Source: Paraspadella gotoi (taxonomy: Eukaryota; Animalia; Chaetognatha). Taken from it: DNA of 64,000 bases. The translations under genes and the position numbers were made by a program. Under the pieces are notes generated by a model, which had not been told where the DNA came from, ran no database searches, and was given only the letters and a program-made list of their open reading frames with translations. This document shows positions 40,537-52,770 of the stretch, piece after piece. The DNA lies in NCBI GenBank assembly GCA_051294375.1, contig CM119265.1, positions 8,626,772 through 8,690,771 on the forward strand, in the 5' to 3' direction. How positions within the stretch are numbered: the first letter of the stretch is position 1; the number at the start of each line of letters is the position of its first letter.

Positions 40537-42527
40537 ATGCCGAAAGGCCTTCATGATCAAGCAAGTTCGTGTCGCCGCAGGAAGCCGCAAACTGCGCCTT
40601 GAGATCTTGACCAACGACGCCTTGTTGGGATCGAACAGGAGCGCCGCTTCCAGGACGGACACGCCGCGCATCGACGCCGCCTTCTTCGGAATCTCGGGCA
40701 GTCCGGTCCACCTCTCCGTCGACGCTGGACGAGACTTCGCCCGGGATCTTCTTCCAGATCGTCTCTCTGTGATACGAACGTCGCCGACCCGCCCGTTCGC
40801 CTGTCCGTCAGGGTCGCTTCCACCATCTTGGTTGGCCGCTCTCGTCCGGAGCCAAAAGGAAGCCTCTACGAAGTCTCCCGCCCACTTCATCGCCGGCCCT
40901 TCAAATACCGACCGCCTCTGGTCGCCTCTGTCGCCTCCGTTCGCCGCTTCCGTCCCCGCGATCCCAAACATCCTCGAAGAAGCTGCACGACTAAGATTCC
41001 GCCTACTCAATTTCCCTGGGCCGCCCATCCTTCTCTTCACGGGTCCCCCTTGCCTGCTCCTGGCACCGCCTAGAGCGCGCCGGAACCAGCGCCATCGAGG
41101 GCGCTGGCGCGCCTGGCGGAAGGCGCCGTCGTCAAAGCCGCGTGGCGCCTTGACGCCGCGACAGACGCCGACTTGCCGTTTGACTTGTCAACGCGATGGA
41201 GGCGGAGAGATCGTTCTTGGACGAACTGCGCGAGAGGAAGACGATTTGCGTCATCGACGTCGAAGATGTGAGGACGAAGAAGCAAGACGACCACAACAAC
41301 AACAAATGCGACGCCCAAGAGCGCCGTTGTGTCTTCGAGCCGAATCCGTGGCGCCGATCGAGCAGACGTCGTGGGAAAAGGCTTCCCCTTTCCACCGCCA
41401 TCGCCTTCCGTCTCTGCGGAGGCCGTCGAAGTCGAACGACGGCGCTCCGCGCTGCCGTCGCCGCTGCCCACTGCCGCGGAGTGCTTCCCCTGCCCGAATG
41501 TTGGCAAAAGAAGTACTCGACGGGCGAACCGCAACTTGGCGCGAACACCGCCAAATTCCAATCGCGCCGCCGCCGACGACGCCACGCGCGCAAAGTGTCC
41601 ATACTGCGGACAATGGTTTCGTGTCCGTACCGGCCTTCTCCATGCACGTTGAAACGCACTCGCAGGGCTGTGAGTGTCCGTACGGATGCGGCAGACGGTT
41701 TCTCGTGCGGACCGTGGTTGCTTTCAAAGAGGTAAATAGTTGATTTGATTTCTTTTCTTTTCTTTTGTTTTTTGGTTTTTTTTTTCTTGTTTCGCGTGAA
41801 AGATTTTTAAAAAAATGCCCTTTGAAACATGGACCATCGACAAAAAATTACCCTGTTCAATATTCAAATTATTAAGTAGTATATAAAAAGACAATAAAAA
41901 CCAACCATAATCAACCCCAATCCACCATTCCAGGTTCACATCCGAACCCACAACCGAGGGAGAAGCCCTTCATAATGTCACATCGCCCGAAAGCCTCGCC
42001 GACAAGAGCAACTTAGCGCGCGCACGTTCAAACGCATCGAGCGACAAGCCGTTCGTCTGCTCGCGTTGCAACAAAAGCCTTCGCTCTCAAGTCTTACCTT
42101 CTACCAAACACGAAGAGAGCAGCTGCATGCGGTGCGCAGAGGTCGCTGCGGACGTCACAAGAACGGGCGCCTCTCTGCTAACGTCAACGCTGTGGTTCCG
42201 CGGGTCGCACGTCATCGCTTGGGCGCCGTCTGTTTCTACATCCGGCGTCGACCGATCGTCGTATCGAATGCGCCATCCTCAGGTACGCTGCATCATCGGC
42301 AGCCGCCGCCCCGCCGCCGCGACTCACCAAGCGACCAACCCCAGCCGTCAGTCTCAAGTGTCGTTAATTTCCTTTTCTCCCTTTCGTCGTCGTCCTCGTC
42401 GTCGATCCTTCGTCGTCGCCCCACCCGAGTTTCGGGCTGGCGAGATTGACGTCCGTCCCGCTGGCCGCCGCGCCAACCGTCAAGTCATGCCGGCGTCTGT
42501 TCGCTCCGCTGAAGGTCGCCTTTGTGA
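40537..42527 (+). pseudogene. scrt: Frameshifted duplicate of the scratch gene (probably an error-laden assembly/haplotype copy rather than a true pseudogene)
   Basis: Colinear with 47270-49218, including the intron (~41732-41933) and the TATA box at 40036. Many 1-2-nt indels break the frame. Confidence 0.75.
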
Positions 42528-43902
42528 ATTTCTAACTGATGCTGTTTCAAAAACATAACCTGGCTATGAAAAAATTACCTATTTTCGTTATCGTTATTTC
42601 TAATTTTTTTTGATTACGCTCTATTTTTACAGTATTTTATTCAAAAGATTGAAATCGCGGTTTGCTACTGATTATTATGTAATTTATAAACCTTAGTGTT
42701 TGTGTTTCAGAAAGGGAGAACTGTACATTAATTTATTAACTTTAACCCTTCCACTCAACTTACATATGAGTTCTGTGTTCATTGTAGTTCATTCAAAGCC
42801 TATTATTTCTGTTAGTGGTGACAACTGTCGAAAATTCGAGAGGGGAAAATCGGTCGGCTCGCGAAGCTAACTAATCAAAAAGGGAATCCCGTAACGATTA
42901 CGACAAAACCTAAAGAGACTTTGGCAATATTTAATTACTATGAGGTAGCGGTTAAATTATTTTGTGACAACAAAGAGAAACGTGGTGCTTAAACAGGAAC
43001 GTTTATTTAATCAGATAGTGTTTTCTTTTAATTTAAAAAGTATTTTAACGTTAAACGTCTATTTACAGGGTAGAAAGTTTTGTTTTATTAATTTCGTTTT
43101 TAAATTATACCTTGCGTTGTAAATAAATGTCACACGTTTTATCCATGGAAACGAAAGTGTCGAGAATTATGATCCTTTGCCTTGCTAATTCTTTATTCGC
43201 ATTGGGCTTGTCTCACAATTTCGTTTTCATTACCACGATATTTATTATCCCGAAATCTATCTTCTGTTTAGATAATTCGGCTTAATCATAATTACTTCAT
43301 GTTTGTCCTTTTGTCTCTCCGTTGTTCCGCGTGTGTTTTGCCAATCAAAACGAACTTATAAATTAGAAAAAAATTAAAAGCAACCCTATTCATTCCTGAA
43401 AATACCACTGTGTTAAAAAAAGTGATTCCGATATAATCTCTCTCTTTTGCTTCCGCCGAAAGAATTTCCAAGTTTAATTTTCAATCTTCGTATTTTAACA
43501 TTTTCAAATGTCCCGAGCGAAGAAATAGAGAAGAGAGAAAAAAAAATATTTTCTTTTTTTCCAGATTTCGAAATATGGTTTGAGCCTCGAGTTTTTGAAA
43601 GGAGGAAGGGAGAGAGAGGGGCAGGGACCAATAGAGAAATGGGGAGAGGGTGAAATGAAGGAGTAAGGGTAGAAGGGTGGTTGCGAGTCAAAGTGGGACG
43701 ATCTACGGTAGAAATAAACAGGATGACGACGAGGAGGAGAAAAAGTTTTAAATTTCAATCGTAGAAATTTAATCTGACAGAATCTTAGTAGTTGTATTCA
43801 TTCGATACGAGGAGATTTTTTTTTTTATAAACCACACGCTTCGTACCCCGCGGGCAAACGGCGCCAACCTTTTCTTATTCGAAACCCCATAGCACTCTCT
43901 CT

Positions 43903-43956
<54 letters not shown>

Positions 43957-45812
43957 TCTTCCTCTCTCTACTACTCTCTCCAAAAAACCCCATGCCCCGG
44001 GGGCAATACCCCTCTCGCTCTCGATCTTCTCCAATTCCTTTGTTTTCTACTCATCATCACAACAGGAGCCTCGCGATCGTCGTTCGTCGTCGTCGTCGTC
44101 ATCGTCGTCATCGTCGTCGTCTGCAGTGATCGCCGATCCGAGATTAGACTTTCTTGTCGCGATTCTTTTTATTCTTTTTTATTTTCAGTCGATGAAATTA
44201 AACTCGTGTCTCTTTTGTTGTCGTTGTTGTTGTGAGACGAGCGGGACCGACGGGATTGGTGATCGGGGCTTTTGATCTATTTGTATTTGTGTCGAGACTT
44301 GTGTCGGTCCGTCCGTCCGTCCGTCCGTCGGTCCGTTGTCTCTAATTGTGGACAGTCGGTTCAAAAGACAAAATCTCTTCACGTTATGAATAAACTCACG
44401 CGACAACCTGAAAAAGCTTAAGAGCACTCACGGTCGGGCCAATCGTGAAAGTAACCAAAAAAGATCATTTGTCTTCGTAAATCAGTCGAGGAGAGGACAG
44501 CACTCCTTGCGGCCACGTCAGCACTTTTGGTTTAAAAATTCCGCGACGTTGCTTTTTTGTTTATGTTTGTTTGTATGTTTTTTGGTTGTTTTTTTTCGTT
44601 TCCTATTTTCCGCTTGTCGCGTTTTTGTCGCCCTTTTTTTTCTTCTTTCCCACCCCGATGACCCGGTTATCGTCAACCAACATAAACTCGGTTGTCAAAA
44701 ATCCCAAAATGAAAAAAAAAATAAAAATCATAAAAACGTGACAGGCATCTCTTTATATCTAGATTTCGATAAAATCGCGAACGATGGGTCTCTCGCAAAA
44801 AAAAAAAAGTCGAAAAAAAGTAGGAATATAAACACACACATAAAAAAAAGAGAAAAATCAGGGGTCGCTCCCGCCGCCGGCGAATTCGTCATCTCGAGAA
44901 ATGCCGTCATAAATCCACTCAATTCTACTTCCGACTATCAGAGTAAAAAGAGAAAAGAAAAGAAATTGAAAAACAAGATCGGTTCATCCAATGAGCTTGC
45001 GCCGAGAGGTTGACTTTATTGTTCACGGTGGTATTTCTCGCTGACATGACCACGTTGACGTGGTAACCGCCCGAAGCATGACGTTTGAAAGTTTTCTGTT
45101 AGTCTGACAAGCACCTGCATTCGGACATCCGTGCTTATGTATTCGTTTATAGTTTTAGGCATTTCTAGTCCCGATCGACCGTCAAACCGAGGTCGACGAC
45201 CGGACCACCGACCGACCGCGCCGGTCCGACCGACCGACAGGAACGGACAGGACCGAACCGACGCCGTACGTCCTTGCTCGTCTAATCACTACTAAAATCT
45301 CCGTTTCGCATTTCCATCTCTACTAGTTATTTGTTCGATGAGAAGATTAAGAAAACAAAACAGAAAGGAAATTCTATTCGTTTCTGTGTCTCTCTCCTCT
45401 CGTGTCTCTTCTCTCTCTTCTTCTCTCTCTCTCTCTCTCTCCTTCGTCCTCTCTCTGCCTCGTTCTTCTCTTCTCTCTCGTCTCCTTCGTCGTCTTCGTG
45501 CCGGGAGCGACGCCGAATTGTCCACCCAAAAAACATTTTTTTCGAACGACGCCGGTCGGTTATAGGCTTTATAAGAGCCCGGAACCCGGGCAGTCGACGC
45601 AAACAGGATTAGGTCGGGTTAAACGATAACAAGTTTAGCTTCAACGGTCCGCACATCTAAAACGTTAATTATGAATAGAGTCAGATGTTTAGATATTAAA
45701 TAAGACAATATTCATTAATTAATCCCCACTATTCGTCGCCGCATCGACAGATCAATCTCCCCTTTTTTCTTTCCCGTTCACATTTTACTCTCGAACGGAG
45801 ATAGATAGAGAG

Positions 45813-45870
<58 letters not shown>

Positions 45871-46765
45871 AGCCTTCATTTTTGCGGCTCTTCGTGTTTT
45901 TCTTTATCTCAGGACGAAGTCTGGCTTGTGTTGTTAACAAAGATTGTCTTCCACACTTTCCCCCTCCCTCTCTTCCCCTCCCTCTCTTCCCCTCCCTCTC
46001 TCTTCTTCTCGCCTCTTGCTTCTCCCTCTACCCTCTCTCACGTCCCACCTACATCTCTCCTCCTTATTTCTCTTTCAACTCACTTAGTCTCACCTTGCGT
46101 CCTTACCTTTCCATCTCCTTCTCTCCTCCCTTTTTTCCATCCTTCCTCCTTTCTTCTCCTTCTTTCCTCCCTTTCTCCCTCTCCCCCTCTCTCTCTCCCC
46201 CTCTCCGCTACCGTTCGAAACGAATCGAGTTATCATGATGAACGAACCAAAAGACAGGAAATATCCTCACTAGTATTTTTTTTTCTCTCCTCTTATTTTA
46301 GCATCTTCCTCTTCCTCCTTCTCCTCCTCCTCCCGCTCTTCTCCGGGGATAACATGGTTGTTCTACGATCTCACTTCCCAGAGGGAGTATTTTTTTTTTA
46401 TCTGCTCGCTCTTCCTCCTCCGCCGGATATTCAGCACCCTTCTCCTCTTCATCCTCTTCCACCGGCTACCTCTCCCCCCCCCTTCGACCATGGACTGCCG
46501 GGCGAGGGAGAGAAAGAAAAAAAAGCGACGACAACGACGACGACGATCCCGACGACTACCTTTGTCTGAGGCCCAGGGGCTTGCTCCTCTTCCTCGTTCC
46601 GCTCTTCCTCCTCCTCTTCCAAAACCACCTCCTTTTCCTCCTCCACCACCGAAAACAGACACCCAATCACTCACCCCCCCACCTCATTTCCCGACTCATC
46701 CTTTTTCGATCTCTCGACTCACCTCCTCATCCTCCTCTTCCTCTTCCTTCTCCCACCCTCCCGGG

Positions 46766-46772
46766 TATAAAA
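46766..46772 (+). promoter_or_regulatory. TATA box of the scratch gene
   Basis: GGGTATAAAAAAGGGG about 500 bp upstream of the ATG, with an Inr-like TCATC about 30 bp downstream. Conserved in the duplicate copy at 40036. Confidence 0.65.
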
Positions 46773-47269
46773 AAGGGGATTCGCGGACCGAGGGGTTTCA
46801 TCATCACCATTTCTCCTTTCGTGTCTCTGTCTCTCTCTCTCTCTCTCTGTCTCTGTCTCTCTCTCTCTCCCGCCCAAAACCGAGGAGAGATTTCTCAATC
46901 TCCTTCGTGACTACATCATATTTGTTATATTTTTGAATCTCGTCGTTTCCTTACCGATTTAAATCCTCAAAACAAAAAACAAAACAAAACAAGAAATATT
47001 CCAAAACACTCATCCCAAATTTCATCGTGGTTTAAATAAAAAGATAAACAAGACTCTCTCTCTCGTTTTTCCACTACTAATCCTCCTCGTCTTCGATGTT
47101 TTTTTTTAATTCAAATTTTCCCTCCAAAAATAAAAGAAAAAACAAAAATTGATAACAAGAAAACTCGATTAAAAATCCTCCATCGATTCGCCTTTTTTCT
47201 CTTCCGCCGAAAACTTTTTCCCACCCGACATATCTTCGCCCTCCGCCCCCCCCCCCCACGCCTTCAAAG

Positions 47270-49218
47270 ATGCCGAAAGCCTTCATGATCAAGAAGTTCG
47301 TCGCCGCAGAGCCGCAAACGGCGCCGTTGGATCTGACCAACGACGCCGGTTGGGTCGAACAGGAGCGCCGCTTCCAGACGACGACGCCGCCAGCGACGCC
47401 GCCTTCTTCGGAATCGTCGGGCAGTCGGTCCACCTCTCCGTCGACGCTGACGGAGACTTCGCCGGGATCTTCTTCCAGATCGTCTCTCTGTGATACGACG
47501 TCGCCGCCCGCCCGTTCCGCCTGTCCGTCAGGGTCGCTTCCACCATCTTGGTGGTCCGCCTCTCGTTCCGGAGCCAAAAGAAGCCTCTACGAAGTCTCCC
47601 CGCCCACTTCCATCGCCGCCCTTCAATACCGACCCGCCTCTGTCGCCTCTGTCGCCTCCGTCGCCGCTTCCGTCCCCGCGATCCCCAAACATCCCTCGAA
47701 GAAGCTGCGACTAGAGATTCCGCCTCCAATTCCCACTGGGGCCGCCCATCCTCTCTTCACGGGCCCCCTGCCTGCCTCCTGGCACCGCCTGAGCGCGCCG
47801 GAAACCAGCGCCATCGAGGGCCTGGCGCGCCTGGCGGAAGGCGCCGTCGTCAAGCCGACGATGGCGCCGTTGACGCCGCCGACAGACGCCGACTTGCCGT
47901 TTGACCTGTCAACGCGAGGAGGCGGAGAGATCGTTCTTGGACGGAACTGCGTCGAGGAGGAAGACGATTTGGTCATCGACGTCGAAGATGTTGAGGACGA
48001 AGAAGAAGACGACCACAACAACAACAAATGCGACGCCAAGAGCGCCGTTGTGTTCGAAGCCGAATCCGTGGCGCCGATCGAAGCAGACGTCGTGGAAAAG
48101 GCTTCCCTTTCCACCGCCATCGCCTCCGTCTCTGCCGAGGCCGTCGAAGTCGAAGACGGCTCCGCCGCTGCCGTCGCCGCTGCCACTGCCGCGGAGTGCT
48201 TCCCCTGCCCCGAATGTGGCAAGAAGTACTCGACGGCGAGCAACTTGGCGCGACACCGCCAAATCCATCGCGCCGCCGCCGACGAACGCCACGCGCGCAA
48301 GTGTCCATACTGCGACAAGGTTTACGTGTCCGTACCGGCCTTCTCCATGCACGTGAAAACGCACTCGCAGGGCTGTGAGTGTCCGTACGGATGCGGCAAG
48401 AGGTTCTCGCGACCGTGGTTGCTTCAAGGTAAATAGTTGATTTGATTTCTTTTCTTTTCTTTTGTTTTTTGGTTTTTTTTTTGCTTGTTCGCGTGAAAGA
48501 TTTTTAAAAAAATCGCCTTTGAAAAATGACCCATCGACAAAAAATTACCCTGTTCAATATTCAAATTATAAGTAGTAATATAAAAAGACAATAAAAACCA
48601 ACCAATAATCAACCCCAATCCACCATTCCAGGTCACATCCGAACCCACACCGGGGAGAAGCCCTTCAAATGTCACATCTGCCCGAAAGCCTTCGCCGACA
48701 AGAGCAACTTGCGCGCGCACGTTCAAACGCACTCGACCGACAAGCCGTTCGTCTGCTCGCGTTGCAACAAAGCCTTCGCTCTCAAGTCTTACCTCTACAA
48801 ACACGAAGAGAGCAGCTGCATGCGGGGCCAGAGGTCGCTGCGGCGTCACAAGAACGGCGCCCCCTCTGCTAACGTCAACGCTGTGGTTCCGGCGGCGTCG
48901 CACGTCATCGTGGCGCCGTCTGTTTCTACATCCGGCGTCGACCGATCGTCGTTCGAATGGCGCCATCCTCAGGTGACGCTGCATCATCCGGCAGCCGCCG
49001 CCGCCGCCGCCGCGACTCACCAAGCGACCAACCCCAGCCGTCAGTCTCACGTGTCGTTAATTCCTTTTCTCCCGTCGTCGTCGTCCTCGTCGTCGTCCTC
49101 GTCGTCGCCCCACCCGAGTTTCGGGCTGGCGAGATTGACGTCCGTCCCGCTGGCGCCGCCGCCAACCCGTCAAGTCAGTGCCGGCGTCTTCGCTCCGCTG
49201 AAGGTCGCCTTTTGTTGA
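47270..49218 (+). CDS. scrt: Snail-superfamily Scratch C2H2 zinc-finger repressor, 581 aa; exons 47270-48428 and 48632-49218
   Basis: N-terminal [13 protein letters not shown]; PLDLT and PFDLS motifs. Fingers: [59 protein letters not shown]|[33 protein letters not shown] and [22 protein letters not shown]. The GT..AG intron 48429-48631 restores the frame. From memory the finger signature resembles the Kahuli/scratchB type. Confidence 0.95.
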
Positions 49219-50843
49219 ATTTCTAACTGACTGTTCAAAACATAACCTGCCTATGAAAAAATACCTATTTTCGTTATCGTTATTTCTATTTTTGATACGC
49301 TCTATTTTTACAGTATTTTATTCCAAAATTGAATCGCGGTTTGCTACATGATTATTTATGTAATTTATACCTTGTGGTTTGTGTTTCAGACAAGGGAGAA
49401 ATGTACATAATTATTAACTTTAACTCTTCCACTCACTTACATATGAGATTCTGTGTTCATTTGTAGTTCATTCAAAGCCTATTATTTCTGTTAGTGGTGA
49501 CAACTGTCGAAAATTCGAGAGAATCGGTCGCTCGCGAGCTAACTAATCAAAAGGGAAATCCGTAACGATTACGACAAAACCTAAAGAGATTTGGCAATAT
49601 TTAAATACTATTGAGGTAGCGTGTTAAATTATTTTGTGACAACAAAGAGAAACGTGGTGCTAAACATGAACGTTTATTTAATCAGATAGCTGTTTTCTTT
49701 TAATTTAAAAGTATTTAACGTTAAACGTCTAATTTAACAGGTAGAAAGTTTTGTTTATTAATTTCTTTTTAAATTATACCTTGCGTTGTAAATAAAATAG
49801 TCACACGTATTTATCCACTGAAAACGAAAGTGTCGAGAATTATGATCCTTTGCCTTGCTAATTCTTTATTCGCATTGGGCTTGTCTCACAATTTCGTTTT
49901 CATTACCGACATATTTATTATCCCCGAAATCTATCTTCCGTTTAGATAATTCGCTTAATCATTATTACTTCATGTTTGTCCTTTTGTCTCTCCGCTTTGT
50001 TCCCAGCGTGTGTTTTGCAATCAAAACGAACTTATAAATTAGAAAAAAAAATTAACAAGCAACCCTATTCATTCCTGAAAATACCCACTGTGTTAAAAAA
50101 AAGTGATTCCGATATATAGATTGATTTACGTCTTTTTTTTTCGAACGCTTTTAAAATAAAAAAGCTCAGTACCTTTTTATACATTTTTTTTTATTAAATT
50201 CTTCGTTACGTTGACCATTTTTTATATATTGTTACCTTACGGTGAGATTAATGTTTTGATAGATATTTCCGATTTGCTTTAATGTATCGCGCGAATAAAT
50301 AATATGCTTTAAGAGAAATAAACATTCATTCCATTGTTCATATTTAGTCCTCTGTTTACTCAATCGAATGATACGATTATGAATTAGGAAAGAGAAAGGA
50401 AAATTCAAATTAGCGTCGGCTTAATCTTGAATAAGGAACTTGTAAAAGTTGGGAACTCAGCTCGATTGAAAATGACAAATGGGAATGCCAAATTATCGAT
50501 TTTGAAAACTGGAAGGATCTGCAAATGTTCGTGACTGAACTTAGAAATTAAGAACAGAACTAAATTTGGAACCGTCGAACTCAAAGGTCTTTCGTACAGA
50601 ATGAAGTAGAATATTGAAAATGAAAGTCTCGACCTTTGTGTTTATTAATAAGATTTTTTTTTCAAATCGCAATACGTTTTCAAACAGTTTTCAGAGATCA
50701 ACCGTTATCAAATATACCGTTACATAACGATATATTTAAATGATTAAATTATTATTGCCAACATTTAACGATAAAATCAAATCTAACCATCCGTATATAT
50801 AGCTTTCCCTCTATATATAGATTTCCTTCTCTCACTCTCACAG

Positions 50844-51348
50844 CTCTACTTTACTCTGGTCGCGGTGACGGTCTTCTTCGCCCCCGCCATCATCATCCTC
50901 ATCTCGTACCTGGGCATCGTCGGCACCATCTGGGAGAAGTCGAGGACGGACAATTCCATCTCCGTTGGTCCCGTCCAAAGGTGAGGAGAGGTTAAGCTGA
51001 TGAAGGGAGTTGGTAGTACCGTGAGGAATTGGTTGGTTAATTGGTTTATAGTTTGTGATTTATTACTTATTATTTAATTTGTTTTATTTTTTTTANNNNN
51101 NNNNNNNNNNNNNNNNNNNNCTTTTTAATTTCTTTCTTTCTTTTCTTTCTTTCTTTCTTTCTTTCTTCTTTCTTTCTTTCTTTCTTTCTTTCTTTTCTTC
51201 TTTCTTTTTCTTTCTTTCAATAATCCCTGATGCCGATCAAAAGCCGACAGACGCCCCGTCTCATTTGGATCCCGCGGTCAACTCAAAATGATCATCTATG
51301 GTTTTTCATTACTTACTTCTAATTGAAACGCCGAAGCTCTCTCCTCTC

Positions 51349-51411
<63 letters not shown>

Positions 51412-52693
51412 CTCTCTCCTCTCTCTCCCTCTCGCTCCACTCTCTCTCTCCTCTCTCTCTCTCTCTCCCTCTCTTCTCTCTCTCTCTCTCTCTCTAAAAA
51501 TGGTGATCTCGAATCCCTGCGATCCTTTTAATCAATAGTGCCGCTTCACGATCACCCCCCAATCGGCCCCACGCCGCCCCGAAACCTACCTCCACTCGTC
51601 CCCCTCGACTCACCCCCCCCCTCATTTTTTTTCCATCCTCGATCCTTGGAAATCTCGACCCCTCAGACTCAACCTCCCCGCTTCCCTATTTTCAGAACTA
51701 TTGCCGGCATTGCCCATTGACGGCATTGCCTATTTTGCCGGCATTGCCCATTGACTTCTGATAAAAAAAAATATTTTTTCCCGCTCTGAAGCCCAAATTG
51801 TTCAGCACGACGATCTTAACTGTTCGTTCTCACTGTCGCTTCTACAATCGTTCCACTCTACCATCAGAAGCGTCTTCGTCGTACAGGGTCATCAGCTATC
51901 AAAGATAAATGGAGTCCCCATGGGGTCGGGAAGAAGGAGATCGATGGGAGAGTCTATGCATGGGCAAAAATGAGGTGGAGAGCTCTCGCGGCTCCCCCCC
52001 CCAACGACAACGAGTCCGTCGAACGGGCGGTCCGCGAGTAGATTTTCGAGCAACCCAAATCAGGCTTCCCTGGTGGACGGGATCGAGGCTGATCAAAAAA
52101 TTAAAACCGGCGAATTAAATGAACCGGTCGCATCGACTGGATCGATAATGAGGCGATGCGTCTCATTAATGGTCGATGAAAAAGAGTGAGAGCGAGAACC
52201 GGTTAACGTCGCGATGCAAGCGAAAAGGTTGAATTTTTTTCTCGTCCAAAGAAAAATTCAAAGGAATATCTTCCAACACAAAAAGATCTTATTAATCAGA
52301 TACAGAATAGAAAAAAAAAAGAGAACTTATTGTATTACTAAGCATACGCACGCAATATTTTATAAATAAATATTACGGAATAAATAGTAGACGTTGAAAA
52401 TTAAAAAAATATTTGTTTTTCATTCGACCACTCTCTTTCTTCCCGTGATTGGCTTGTCAGTTAGCACAAGGATGGTGAAATAATATTAAAACTTTTTCAG
52501 ACGTATAGACATTCAGAGATATTGACATTCAGACGTAAAGACAGCGCTTTAGATCGAAGCCGAAAAAATCAGCGCCCCTTTATCTCGGCTCCCTTCTGCG
52601 AGACTAAGGCAATCAGGATTCCAGCTCCGTCTCTTTTTCTTCTTTGTGAGTTTTGATATTCATTTTGATTCCTTTTCGGTTTTCCCGACTATT

Positions 52694-52770
<77 letters not shown>

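Larger units (their letters stand above)
36844..50115. repeat. 6.6-kb direct tandem duplication containing the scratch locus (36844-~43434 vs 43449-50115)
   Basis: Both units start GCTTCCGCCGAAAGAATT and end AAGTGATTCCGATATA. They are colinear throughout, differing by many indels. Confidence 0.95.

Noticed and set aside
40553-41743. 396-aa ORF as a novel protein
   Set aside because: It is a frame-shuffled read-through of the indel-ridden scratch duplicate.
49855-50545. WACLTISFSLP and WECQIIDFENWK as the missing GPCR TM4/ECL2 exons
   Set aside because: AT-rich, with wrong W-P spacing, nearby in-frame stops and no suitable splice sites.
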